Part shown: positions 1-9,384 of the stretch, piece after piece
Position numbering within the stretch: the stretch's first letter is position 1
Layout: each line of letters starts with the position of its first letter
Virus record (IMG/VR): IMGVR_UViG_3300045988_052964
Location: 1 to 38,806 of that record
Strand: one strand, 5' to 3'
DNA: 38,806 nucleotides
From: a virus
Position numbers and translations under genes: made by a program
Notes under the pieces: model-generated
Told to the model about the DNA's origin: nothing
Seen by the model: only the letters and a program-made list of their open reading frames with translations
Databases searched by the model: none

Positions 1-55
1 CCCAGAAGTTGCTAACGGCGTAATCAAAGGGACTTTTGCTGCACCAGCCACAGAC
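1..55. repeat. Terminal overlap: 55 bp identical to 38752-38806 (circular or permuted genome closed by the assembler)
   Basis: Compared base by base: CCCAGAAGTTGCTAACGGCGTAATCAAAGGGACTTTTGCTGCACCAGCCACAGAC occurs at both ends. Confidence 0.95.
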
Positions 56-106
56 AAAACAGGCAAAACTGATCCATCCACAGGCACAGAAGGCAAAGCC
101 AAATAA
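2..106 (+). CDS. Major capsid protein, last 34 codons plus stop (continues 37922..38806 across the junction)
   Basis: The reading frame of the 37922 ORF continues through the overlap to ...DKTGKTDPSTGTEGKAK, with TAA at 104-106. Confidence 0.8.
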   Translation, partial: PEVANGVIKGTFAAPATDKTGKTDPSTGTEGKAK

Positions 107-127
107 GCGAAGAAAGGTTAATGACTT

Positions 128-484
128 ATGGAGCTATCAGACTTAAAAATCATGTTGGGACTATCAGATGAGAATAAGGAGTCTGATAGTCTTCTACAAT
201 TAATCATTAAAAATACAGAGCTGTCATTGCGATTTAAGCTAGGTTTAAGAGCCGATGAAGATATCCCTGGTGAATTATCGTATATACCTCTAGAAGTCGC
301 TGTGCGTCGTTTTAACCGTGTTAAAAACGAAGGTATGACGTCTTACTCTCAAGAAGGTGAATCTATCACGTTCAGCAACAATGATTTTGACGCCTTCGAA
401 AGCGATATTGAGGAGTACAAGCGCAGAAATAATTCAGATGGCTTGTTATATACGATTGATCCTTATAGGAGGTATGACGTATGA
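128..484 (+). CDS. Head-tail connector/adaptor protein (gp6-like)
   Basis: 118 aa. First gene after the capsid gene. The N-terminal pattern MELSDLKIMLGLSDEN..LLQLII is typical of Phage_connect_1-type proteins. RBS AAAGG lies upstream. Confidence 0.55.
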   Translation: MELSDLKIMLGLSDENKESDSLLQLIIKNTELSLRFKLGLRADEDIPGELSYIPLEVAVRRFNRVKNEGMTSYSQEGESITFSNNDFDAFESDIEEYKRRNNSDGLLYTIDPYRRYDV

Positions 485-786
485 GATTTGATACTTTAGT
501 CAGTTTCTATGATGAAAGCCAAAAACACTATGATCCATCAACACATGGATATGTTGGGGGAATTGATTTACTCGGGAGCTGTATGGCTAACGTTACAGAC
601 GTAGGGACTAACAGGGCTGTTCAATTATTTGGCAAGTTTGATGTTAATAGTCTAGTCATTAGAGTTTCGGAATTGCCTTATCAAAGTTGGGCGTTCGTTA
701 CTGTTGGAAGCTCTGATACTAAATATCGGCTTCAGACCATGCGACAGACGCAAAAAATGACAACTCTAATTGTTGGGGAGGGTTAG
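481..786 (+). CDS. Head-closure / neck protein
   Basis: ATGA start-stop overlap with the upstream gene. Called from its position in the neck module. Confidence 0.45.
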   Translation: MRFDTLVSFYDESQKHYDPSTHGYVGGIDLLGSCMANVTDVGTNRAVQLFGKFDVNSLVIRVSELPYQSWAFVTVGSSDTKYRLQTMRQTQKMTTLIVGEG

Positions 787-789
787 GGT

Positions 790-1143
790 ATGGCACGAAT
801 TAAAATAACAGGTGTCAAGGAATTGAAAGCAGCTTTAGAAGGGAACCTTTCACGATTTCCGAATGAAGTTGAGCAGATTGTGGCAAAGCATGGCGCTAGA
901 TTGCAGGATCAAACTCAATCTAACATGGATAGAGCGTATACGGCTGGATATAGTACGGGAGCTACCAAGCGAAGCGTTACTCTAGAAAGGGGTAAATTCA
1001 GAGCTGAAGTGCAACCACACACTAGCTATTTCCCTTGGTTAGAGTACGGTTCTCGTTATATGAGTAGGCGCCCTACATTAGGCCCGGCGTTTAGCAAAAT
1101 AGAGCCACAGTTTAGAGCAGATATTACTAAGTTGTTTAAGTAG
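790..1143 (+). CDS. HK97 gp10-family neck/tail-completion protein
   Basis: The N-terminus MARIKITGVKELKAALEGN.. resembles the HK97 gp10 family. RBS GGGGAGGG. Confidence 0.55.
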   Translation: MARIKITGVKELKAALEGNLSRFPNEVEQIVAKHGARLQDQTQSNMDRAYTAGYSTGATKRSVTLERGKFRAEVQPHTSYFPWLEYGSRYMSRRPTLGPAFSKIEPQFRADITKLFK

Positions 1144-1151
1144 GTGGAATT

Positions 1152-1544
1152 ATGACACCAGATCAATTAATTTTTGATTATATTTATCAATTATCATTAA
1201 ATTCAGGATATACAACATACGACCATTTGCCACTAGAAAGCGAAAATGCACCTTATCCGTTCGTTTTAGTTGGGACAGTACAAACACTACCGCTTACAAC
1301 TAAAAACGCAATACAAGGCCAAATAACGGCCAATGTGGACGTGTGGGGAGATGGAGAGAGTCGTTTTAAAGTTTCTCAAATAATGAACGATATCTTTATC
1401 CAATGTATGCAACCAGTAAAGCTAGGCAACACGTTCGTTAGATTACGTATAGACCAGTATGATAATCAAATAATTCAAGATACAAGCGTTCCAAACACTG
1501 TGTTGAATCACGGTATGATGACACTTGTATTCAATTTAAATTAG
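1152..1544 (+). CDS. Tail completion/terminator protein (positional call)
   Basis: 130 aa, located between the gp10-like gene and the major tail gene. RBS AGGTGG. Confidence 0.4.
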   Translation: MTPDQLIFDYIYQLSLNSGYTTYDHLPLESENAPYPFVLVGTVQTLPLTTKNAIQGQITANVDVWGDGESRFKVSQIMNDIFIQCMQPVKLGNTFVRLRIDQYDNQIIQDTSVPNTVLNHGMMTLVFNLN

Positions 1545-1558
1545 GAGAGTGACAAAAT

Positions 1559-2137
1559 ATGGCAAGACCACAAATTTTACAAGGGATGGATACCTTGGCA
1601 TACATTCGTTTACTAAAGAATGCAGCGACAGAAGAAGGGCAATTAATTCCTTATCAAACATCTTTATCTTTTGATCCACAACGTGACAGTGACACAACTC
1701 AAACAAAAGATGGTGCCGTTGGTACGTCTAGTTCCTTAGAAACCAAGATCGAAGTTGAATTTGTAAACAACATCTCTAAAGTTTCAGATGATTTATATAA
1801 CGCTTTGATCAAGAATGAAAAGGTTGAAATTTGGATCGTAAATATTTCACGTAAGAATTCCGAAGGCAAAGTATTTTCTTGGTATGCACAAGGATCAGTA
1901 ACAGAAGATAGCAGTGATAACGACCCAGATGATAATTCAACACGAGATGTAACATTTAGTGTTGATGGAGAACCACAACGCGGTTGGTTAGAACTACCAG
2001 CAAGCGCAAAGGAAGAATTGGCTTATGTATTTAGAGGCTTAGGCGTTGTTTCTAGCACAGATGCAACAGGTAAAGGCACAGCTTGGGCAGATGCAGACCG
2101 TGGAACAGGTTCAGCAACGCAAACAGAGCATTCTTAA
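1559..2137 (+). CDS. Major tail protein
   Basis: 192 aa, immediately upstream of the chaperone pair and the tape measure gene. RBS AGGAGAG. Confidence 0.6.
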   Translation: MARPQILQGMDTLAYIRLLKNAATEEGQLIPYQTSLSFDPQRDSDTTQTKDGAVGTSSSLETKIEVEFVNNISKVSDDLYNALIKNEKVEIWIVNISRKNSEGKVFSWYAQGSVTEDSSDNDPDDNSTRDVTFSVDGEPQRGWLELPASAKEELAYVFRGLGVVSSTDATGKGTAWADADRGTGSATQTEHS

Positions 2138-2156
2138 TCTGGGAGGAAATCACTAA

Positions 2157-2498
2157 ATGAAAATCAAAATTAACAATACAGAGTATGAACTAAATTTTGG
2201 AATTCGCTTCGTTCGTGAATTGGACAAGGTAGCGAGCGTATCTAACAATGGTATTTCTTTAGGCATGGCTTTGATGCGTACATTGCCAGCATTACAAACA
2301 TATGACCCAGTAGCGTTGTGTAACGTAATTTATGCATCAGCTTATGGCAATAAACCACGTCCAAGTATGAAAGATGTAGAACGATTTATCGATAAAGAAG
2401 TGTCTTTTGAAGATTTAGAAAAGTATTTTGACGATATCCTTAAGGAAATCAACGAAAGCACAGCTACAAAACTTGTAGCAAAAAACCTAAAAGCCTAG
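2157..2498 (+). CDS. Tail assembly chaperone (gpG-like)
   Basis: 113 aa, sits just before the TMP gene, and has a slippery heptamer near its 3' end. Confidence 0.65.
   Translation: MKIKINNTEYELNFGIRFVRELDKVASVSNNGISLGMALMRTLPALQTYDPVALCNVIYASAYGNKPRPSMKDVERFIDKEVSFEDLEKYFDDILKEINESTATKLVAKNLKA
2480..2486 (+). promoter_or_regulatory. -1 programmed ribosomal frameshift site A_AAA_AAC (G to GT fusion)
   Basis: The zero-frame codons are gcA AAA AAC. I checked the -1 frame and it has no stop from 2480 through the ATG at 2531 to the stop at 2956. Confidence 0.6.
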
Positions 2499-2530
2499 AT
2501 ACTGAAGAAACAGGGCTATCAAGTGAGCAA

Positions 2531-2956
2531 ATGTATCACGAGATAGTCCTGAATTCTTTGGCGTATCTAGGTTTAGAGAATATGCAAGAGATTGAGAAAA
2601 TGACGTTTGACGAGTATCTGATACGTTTAGAGGCGTTTCAACTCAGAACGATTAAACGTAATGAGGAACTAGCTTATCAAGCGTGGCTTAACCAACAAGT
2701 ACAAGCTACAACAGGCAGCTCTAAGAACCCTAAGCCTAAGTTTAAAAGGTTTGATCAATTCTTTGATGCTAACAAAATGGTCGATGAAGTCAGAGGAAAC
2801 TTTGAGCCTGATTACAAGGCCACAAGTAAGCAAAACACACTACAAACCAACGAGAATTTGTTTGTAGAACGACTTAAAGAGTTTAGAAAACTCAAGAAGC
2901 AAGGGAAAATTATCCCTTGGAACGCTCGAACAAAAGAGGAAAGGGGTGATTTCTAA
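2531..2956 (+). CDS. Tail assembly chaperone frameshift extension (gpT-like), probably made as a G-T fusion from 2157
   Basis: It lies in the -1 frame relative to the G gene and ends at the TMP start (TAATG overlap). There is no convincing RBS of its own. Confidence 0.55.
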   Translation: MYHEIVLNSLAYLGLENMQEIEKMTFDEYLIRLEAFQLRTIKRNEELAYQAWLNQQVQATTGSSKNPKPKFKRFDQFFDANKMVDEVRGNFEPDYKATSKQNTLQTNENLFVERLKEFRKLKKQGKIIPWNARTKEERGDF

Positions 2957-5900
2957 TGTCGCAATCTTTTAGCGTAAAAGCCATTCTCGAGGCTGTAGAC
3001 ACAACCTTTAGCTCGACTATAGAAAACGCTGATAAAGCTGTTCAAAGCTTTAGTTCAAACGTAAACAATAAATTATCAGGCGTCGGCAAGGCTATGATGG
3101 CTGCTGGTGCCGCTACTACTGCCATGGGCGTTGCTGGACTGAAGAACTTTGGCGAATTCCAACAATCGCTTAATACCGCGGCGGTTGTAGCTGGTGGAAC
3201 GTCTAAAGATATCAGTGGTTTGGCCGATGTAGCGAATAAGATGGGGGCTGATTTGCCGATTAGCGCTCAGAATGCTTCGGATGCGATGGTTGAAATGGCA
3301 CGTAATGGTGCATCTGTTGGCCAAATTAAGCAACAATTCCCAGCTATTGCACAAGCAGCAACCGCTGCTGGCTCTGATTTGCAAGCAACCGCGGGAGTGG
3401 TTCAACAAGCAATGAATATTTGGGGAAGCTCGTTAAAATCGCCTAAACAAGCGGCAGAAATTTTAGTTCAAACCGCTAATATGTCCAATGCTTCAATCGA
3501 GGATATGCAGCAAGCAATGGCAACTTTCTCAGGAACTGCTAAGCTTGCGGGTATGAGTATGCAAGACTCTACAGAAGCGATAGGTTTGCTTACTAACAAA
3601 GGCTTTAGTGCTGCACAAGCATCGCAAGACTTAAACCATGCTGTGCTTCAAATGATAGCTCCATCTAAAGCAGCTAAAGAAACGATGAATGATTTAGGCA
3701 TTAGTTTTACTGACGCTCAAGGAAAAATGAAGCCTTTCCCACAAATCTTGCAAGAGTTAAATAAGTCTATGGACGGGCTCAGTGATAGTGAAAAGACTCA
3801 AAAGCTTAAAAAGATGTTTGGCACTTCAGGTATGGCAGCTATTGCACCTTTGATGGATACAATGAAGAACAAAACCAACGACTCCACTAAGAGTTGGAAT
3901 GCTTGGTCTAAAGCGGTTGATAAAGCGGCAGGAACAAGTAAAGCGGCAGACAAAACTCTTAAAGGGCAAGCAGCAGAAATGCAAAAGAACGTTGGTGCCA
4001 AGATTGAACAAGTTGGCGGTAACTGGGAAGCGTTACGTAACACATCGCTTAACTCTCAAAACAAAATAAGTGGTGGCTTGCTGGATATGATTAACAATAC
4101 TCTATCATGGGCTAACGCGTCACATAGTGGCGTTGCCAAGGTCATTCGAGGCTTTGTAGGCTTAACGCCAGTACTTGGACCAGTTCTTACAGCCAGCGGA
4201 GCGTTTCTTAGAAATGCTGGGCAGATTGGTAAAGTAGCGTTAGGAGCAGGTAAGGGTATTTGGAACTTAGTGTCTAAATTTACACCTTTGAGTCGAATAC
4301 TTCCTAAAACCAGTGCTAAAATGAATGAAACTGGGCAAAACACAAAAACAGCTGGTAAGTCTGCTGGCGAGTCTTCAACAAACTTCTTACAACTAGGGAC
4401 GGCAATCCTTGAGATTGGTGCTGGTGTCGGATTAGCAGCTGCCGGTATGGCTTTATTGGTATACGCAACAGCTAACTTAGCTAAGCAAGGCACGGCTGGA
4501 GTAGGAACACTAGTAGCCGTTACCGCTGCTTTAACCGCGATCATTGGAGTTGCTGCAATAGCGGGTAAAATGATAGGGTCGATGGGCCCACAAGCATTGA
4601 TGGCTTATGCAGGAATAGCGCTCTTGGTTGGCTCATTTAGCTTGCTCGTTTTAGCTGTAACTAAGTTCGCTGGTACTGGCAGAGCTGGAATTGAAGCATT
4701 GGCAGCTGTTACTGTTGCAGTAGCTGCCATGGCTGCTGTATTTGCCTTAGTTGGTCCAGCATTAACGGCTAGTGCTGCAGGATTGGTTGCCTTTGGCGCT
4801 GCTGTCCTTATGGCTGGCGCTGGAATTGCATTAATCAATCTATCATTAGCGGTGCTTATTAGCGCGTTTTCTCAATTGAGTGGGAATATCTCGTCAATAG
4901 TTCCTTTATTTGCGGCAATGGGGAAAGGCTTAGCATCTATGATTACTAGTTTTGTTCAACAAATTGCAACAGCAGTACCACTTATCACAGGCTTGATAGT
5001 TAACATGCTTGTGCAATTGGTTATCCAAGTTGCTCAACACACTACTACAATCGCCAACACGGTTCTTCAGATGTTTGTTCAAATTCTGGCAATAATAGCT
5101 CAAAACATACCTCTTATCATGCAACAAGGGCTATTGATTATTCAAGGTTTCTTACAAGGGGTTCTACAAGGTATACCAATGATTGTGACTTATGTTAGTC
5201 AAATTATCATTACTTTCTTGGATACGTTAACTACACAGCTACCGTCGATTATTCAAGCCGGGATTAATTTGATTGTTGCCTTTATTGATGGAATAGCACA
5301 AGGACTACCCCAAATCATTCAAGCAGCAGTCAATCTGATTGGACAATTCCTAATAGGCCTTGCTGAAGCTATACCACAGATTGCCGATGAAGCAATGCAA
5401 GCGGTAATGCAATTCGTTTATGGTGTAGGCTATGCATTAGGTGAAGTATTATCTTCCGGTGACAAGCTTATTAAAATGTTTATCAAAGGTATCGAAAACG
5501 GTATTAGCGGATCTAGTGGTGCAGGTAAGAAGAACGCCAATGCGGTAAAAAGCGGTGTTTCGGGAATTAACTTATTTAGTAATGGTAGTTCGATAATTGA
5601 GGGATTTCTCAGTGGTATGCAATCAGCGTACGGGAAAGTCAAATCATTTGTTTCTGGAATTGCAAGCTGGATCAAGGAACATAAAGGCCCTATCAGTTAT
5701 GACCGCAAGTTGTTAATTCCTGCCGGTATTGCAATCATGAATGGCTTTAATAAAGGGTTACAGGACCAATTTGAAACAGTCAAGGCAAATGTATCTAGTA
5801 TGGCTGGTGCAGTTTCTAATGCGGTATCTAGCAATTTAGAAGCAATCACAGTACCAAGCCCAGATACAAGAAGCTTTATGAATACAATGAGTGCTTTACA

Positions 5901-6135
5901 GAGCGCTAGTCAAAATCTATATAGACAGCATTCAGTAAGCTTCGGTGGAACTTTCAGCGACAATTTAACAATTGATAGCCCTACTGTGGCACAGGAAAAT
6001 AACAGTCTATTACGGAAAATAGCAGATAAACAACAGGATATTTATCTCGATGGTGATGTGTTAGTCGGTAGTACGTACGATAGATACGATAATCGTTTAG
6101 GAAATCGAGTAAATTTAAAAGGTAGGTGGAGCTAA
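2956..6135 (+). CDS. Tape measure protein
   Basis: 1059 aa, the largest ORF. Has an Ala/Gln-rich helical N-terminus and a long hydrophobic Gly/Ala/Ile-rich centre, and occupies the canonical position. Confidence 0.9.
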   Translation: MSQSFSVKAILEAVDTTFSSTIENADKAVQSFSSNVNNKLSGVGKAMMAAGAATTAMGVAGLKNFGEFQQSLNTAAVVAGGTSKDISGLADVANKMGADLPISAQNASDAMVEMARNGASVGQIKQQFPAIAQAATAAGSDLQATAGVVQQAMNIWGSSLKSPKQAAEILVQTANMSNASIEDMQQAMATFSGTAKLAGMSMQDSTEAIGLLTNKGFSAAQASQDLNHAVLQMIAPSKAAKETMNDLGISFTDAQGKMKPFPQILQELNKSMDGLSDSEKTQKLKKMFGTSGMAAIAPLMDTMKNKTNDSTKSWNAWSKAVDKAAGTSKAADKTLKGQAAEMQKNVGAKIEQVGGNWEALRNTSLNSQNKISGGLLDMINNTLSWANASHSGVAKVIRGFVGLTPVLGPVLTASGAFLRNAGQIGKVALGAGKGIWNLVSKFTPLSRILPKTSAKMNETGQNTKTAGKSAGESSTNFLQLGTAILEIGAGVGLAAAGMALLVYATANLAKQGTAGVGTLVAVTAALTAIIGVAAIAGKMIGSMGPQALMAYAGIALLVGSFSLLVLAVTKFAGTGRAGIEALAAVTVAVAAMAAVFALVGPALTASAAGLVAFGAAVLMAGAGIALINLSLAVLISAFSQLSGNISSIVPLFAAMGKGLASMITSFVQQIATAVPLITGLIVNMLVQLVIQVAQHTTTIANTVLQMFVQILAIIAQNIPLIMQQGLLIIQGFLQGVLQGIPMIVTYVSQIIITFLDTLTTQLPSIIQAGINLIVAFIDGIAQGLPQIIQAAVNLIGQFLIGLAEAIPQIADEAMQAVMQFVYGVGYALGEVLSSGDKLIKMFIKGIENGISGSSGAGKKNANAVKSGVSGINLFSNGSSIIEGFLSGMQSAYGKVKSFVSGIASWIKEHKGPISYDRKLLIPAGIAIMNGFNKGLQDQFETVKANVSSMAGAVSNAVSSNLEAITVPSPDTRSFMNTMSALQSASQNLYRQHSVSFGGTFSDNLTIDSPTVAQENNSLLRKIADKQQDIYLDGDVLVGSTYDRYDNRLGNRVNLKGRWS

Positions 6136-6896
6136 TGCAGTATGAGTTTAGGAACCTCGATCCTATAGAGGAGAAAGCCAAGCCAAACATAGCAAACGAA
6201 GGCTTTGTCTTTAACGATTACGATACACGCTTAAATGGCTGGTGGTTAACTGAACGAACAGCTCCAACGCCTGAAGAACAGGAGATTACCGAAAGTGTGC
6301 CGTATCGTCAAGGCAGTTATGACTTCTCAATGATTGATAACGAACGTTTTTTCAACAACCGAGAAATCACATACAAGTTGCTATATGTTGGCGAAGAGTA
6401 CCACAATCGCAAAGGCTTTGAGCAAGAATTAAAGCGACAACTAATGCCACATAATTGGGATAAATTAGTCGATACTCACGAGCCAACTTACTACTGGCGA
6501 GCTAAATGTAAGAGCGTTGAAGTTGACGATAACAGCGATAATGAAACACTTGAAGCGACAATCGTGTTTACTGCATACCCGTATGCTTACACAAACCACA
6601 ATGAAGGCACTGATTATTGGGATGATGTTTTCTTCCCTCATTGGATATGGCAACAAGTCAAGTTCAACGTCAATGGAAGCCAATACGTCAATATCAAAAA
6701 CATTGGCTCACGGCCGGTTTTATCGTCCTTTGCGGTAACTGGTAACGTCAAAGCAAAAGGAAACTTTGGTGAAGTGTCGTTAAATGACAGTAACTACAAG
6801 CAAACACAGGTAGTGCTTGATATTGGCGATAACAAAATCAATTTGTCTGGCAACGGCACAATCGAGTTTATCTTTAAACGCGAGGAGATGGTTTAA
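6126..6896 (+). CDS. Distal tail protein (Dit)
   Basis: Follows the TMP gene. The start is either GTG 6126 or, more likely, ATG 6135 (TAATG coupling with the TMP stop). Confidence 0.65.
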   Translation: MELMQYEFRNLDPIEEKAKPNIANEGFVFNDYDTRLNGWWLTERTAPTPEEQEITESVPYRQGSYDFSMIDNERFFNNREITYKLLYVGEEYHNRKGFEQELKRQLMPHNWDKLVDTHEPTYYWRAKCKSVEVDDNSDNETLEATIVFTAYPYAYTNHNEGTDYWDDVFFPHWIWQQVKFNVNGSQYVNIKNIGSRPVLSSFAVTGNVKAKGNFGEVSLNDSNYKQTQVVLDIGDNKINLSGNGTIEFIFKREEMV

Positions 6897-9193
6897 TGTA
6901 TCGGATTATTGGATATAACGAGCCTACCGATAAGAATGGCTTTATCGTGCTTGATCAACGAGTTAATCGCACGGTTAGCGAAGGCAAACTGACGATCAAA
7001 GAAACCGATATTGATGACCTGGAACTCACTGTAAACCGTGATAGTTTGCTGTTTGATAACGTCAGACCAATGCACACGCACGTTGAAGTATACGACGATG
7101 ATAAGCTGTTGTTTCGAGGCCGAGCAATCAAGCCAAAGAAAGAAATGCAATCAAGCGGGAATTTTATTAGAACGTACGTGTTCGAGGATATTGAAGCATA
7201 CCTGCTTGATAGTGTTCAGCGGTTTTATGAAGCTGTTGGATTGAAACCAAAAGAGTTCTTACAATCACTATTAGATGTTCATAACAGCCAAGTGCCACAA
7301 TACAAACAATTCAAGTTGCGCAACTGTAACGTTACTAACAATAAAGATGATGCTTACCGACAAATTGATTATCCCAAAACACGGGATGCAATCAAAGAAA
7401 AGCTAATTAACGAGCTCGGTGGCTATCTAGTAACAGAATACAGGCCAGGCGGGCCAAACATGCTTGATTATGTAACTGATATTGGCAGTGATCATAAAAA
7501 CGATACACCTATTCAATTAGCGGTCAACATGCAATCCGCAAGTCTTACAATTGATCCTACAAAAGTTATAACCAGACTTATACCTTTAGGGAAACAATTG
7601 GAAAGTAACAAGGTTGAAGTTGACGGTGAAAACTCAACAGTAACGACTGGCGGCGGTGCAACTACCGCTATTAATGGTGATTGGACTGAAGCAATTAAGC
7701 ATGCTGCAAAGATGATGAACGTTAACCTTGATCAGAATGGCTTGAGCGCCGTTTTAAGGCGTATTAATCAAGAGTCTGGCGGTAGTGAGACTGTTACAAA
7801 CAACTGGGACAGTAATGCGGCAGCAGGCCATCCATCAACTGGTTTGCTTCAGTATATTCAGCCAACTTTTGACGCTTGGAAGGTACAAGGATATGAAGAT
7901 ATCCACAAAGGCTTTCATCAGCTTTTAGCGTTGTTTAATGACTCTAATTGGCTAGCTGATATCTCACGCGCTGGTGGTTGGGGTCCAACTGGTACACGAC
8001 GAGTTAACGGGCCTGTTAGTGATACCACAACGACAACAACATCAAACAGCTGGGGTTGGCCATTTCCTAGTGTTGGTGAAGGTAGTTTCTCTGGAGGTCA
8101 ATTATTTGGCGTTCACCCCGGCGGTGAATTTAGACCCAATGGTTTTCATGACGGTTTAGATTTTGGATCTGTAGATCATCCGGGTAGCGAAATACACGCT
8201 ATCCATGGCGGTACAGTGGTTTTCAAAGGCTATATGGGCGGCCTTGGTAATTATGTTGTGACACATAGTACTGACGGCTTTAATATCGTATATCAGGAAG
8301 CTTTTAGCAGTGCTAACCAAATTCGAGTAAACATTGGTGATAAAGTCAAGACTGGTGATGTTATTGGTTGGCGAGATACTAGCCACTTACACGTTGGCGT
8401 TACTAAAGCTGACTTTTACGAAGCTGTCAGGAAATCATTCACGAATGATGGGACGTGGTTAGACCCGCAAGCATTGATAAAAAAAGGCGGCGATGGCTCA
8501 CAATCTAAAGATGAAAGTAAAAAAGATGAGATTAGTGACTCAAATGCTGCCAAACCCAAGCTAACAATCACTAGTGTTAATGGTGGGCGTGATTATATTG
8601 ATATACCAGATTTGCAAAAGGAATTCGGTATTATCTGTGGTACAGTTGAGTTCAGTGATGTAACTGATGCTAATGTTCTAATGAGCCAAGCGAAAGCATG
8701 GATAAACGCACAACGAGTACCAGAAAATTGGGAAGTTAGTGCAATCGAACTGAATTTACCTAATTTCAACCATTTCAAAGTTGCTGACCGATATATGTTT
8801 ATCAATCCATACGTTGCACAAACTCAGCTATTACGAGTTGTACAGAAAGAAATTGATCTATTAAGACCGCACAAATCAACGTTAACCATTGGTGATAAAT
8901 CACTAGGATTAACTGATTATCAAGCAGAAACAAACCGGCAATCTCAAGATTTAGAGCGAGTCAAGGTTATTGTTGGCCGTGTAGCTGAGGTTCAAGCAAG
9001 TGGACAATCTAACGTATCAAGTACTACTACAATCATTCAGAACGGAGCAAGCAGTGAAGATGTAACACAGCTCAAGTTTGATATGAAACAGTTGCAAACG
9101 GTTATTAATGACAGAATTCCAGCAGGATATGTATCACAAGCAGATTTCAATGCACTAAAGGCCGAAGTTGATAAGTTGAAAGGAGACGGCTAG
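6896..9193 (+). CDS. Tail-associated lysin (Tal) with lytic transglycosylase and M23 peptidase domains
   Basis: SLT-like motif INQESGGSE...STGLLQYIQPTF. M23 motifs HDGLDFG and SHLHVGV. The C-terminus is coiled-coil. Confidence 0.85.
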   Translation: MYRIIGYNEPTDKNGFIVLDQRVNRTVSEGKLTIKETDIDDLELTVNRDSLLFDNVRPMHTHVEVYDDDKLLFRGRAIKPKKEMQSSGNFIRTYVFEDIEAYLLDSVQRFYEAVGLKPKEFLQSLLDVHNSQVPQYKQFKLRNCNVTNNKDDAYRQIDYPKTRDAIKEKLINELGGYLVTEYRPGGPNMLDYVTDIGSDHKNDTPIQLAVNMQSASLTIDPTKVITRLIPLGKQLESNKVEVDGENSTVTTGGGATTAINGDWTEAIKHAAKMMNVNLDQNGLSAVLRRINQESGGSETVTNNWDSNAAAGHPSTGLLQYIQPTFDAWKVQGYEDIHKGFHQLLALFNDSNWLADISRAGGWGPTGTRRVNGPVSDTTTTTTSNSWGWPFPSVGEGSFSGGQLFGVHPGGEFRPNGFHDGLDFGSVDHPGSEIHAIHGGTVVFKGYMGGLGNYVVTHSTDGFNIVYQEAFSSANQIRVNIGDKVKTGDVIGWRDTSHLHVGVTKADFYEAVRKSFTNDGTWLDPQALIKKGGDGSQSKDESKKDEISDSNAAKPKLTITSVNGGRDYIDIPDLQKEFGIICGTVEFSDVTDANVLMSQAKAWINAQRVPENWEVSAIELNLPNFNHFKVADRYMFINPYVAQTQLLRVVQKEIDLLRPHKSTLTIGDKSLGLTDYQAETNRQSQDLERVKVIVGRVAEVQASGQSNVSSTTTIIQNGASSEDVTQLKFDMKQLQTVINDRIPAGYVSQADFNALKAEVDKLKGDG

Positions 9194-9370
9194 ATGGCTA
9201 CTACTGATGAGATGAAGAACATTGCTGAAACAATTCGTAAGGCCCAATATGGTAAGGATGTTCGGGAAGCTATAGCAAAAGGTTTTGAACTGTTAGCTGC
9301 AAAGCAGGACAAAGTGGATGGCTTCTTGAATTCGTATGGGCTGGATGAAGACACTATAGATGAACAATGA
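9194..9370 (+). CDS. Small tail/baseplate-associated protein (58 aa, absent from the ORF track)
   Basis: RBS AAAGGAGA lies 8 nt upstream of the ATG. Translation begins MATTDEMKNIAETIRKAQYGKDVREAIAKGFE. It fills the gap between Tal and the BppU-like gene. Confidence 0.5.
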   Translation: MATTDEMKNIAETIRKAQYGKDVREAIAKGFELLAAKQDKVDGFLNSYGLDEDTIDEQ

Positions 9371-9384
9371 AAGAAGGGGAATAA

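Noticed and set aside
3076-5675. Seven minus-strand ORFs inside the tape measure gene
   Set aside because: They are antisense to a long, well-supported gene and have low-complexity Ala/Pro/Leu-rich translations with no RBS. This is the usual mirror effect of GCN-rich sense codons.
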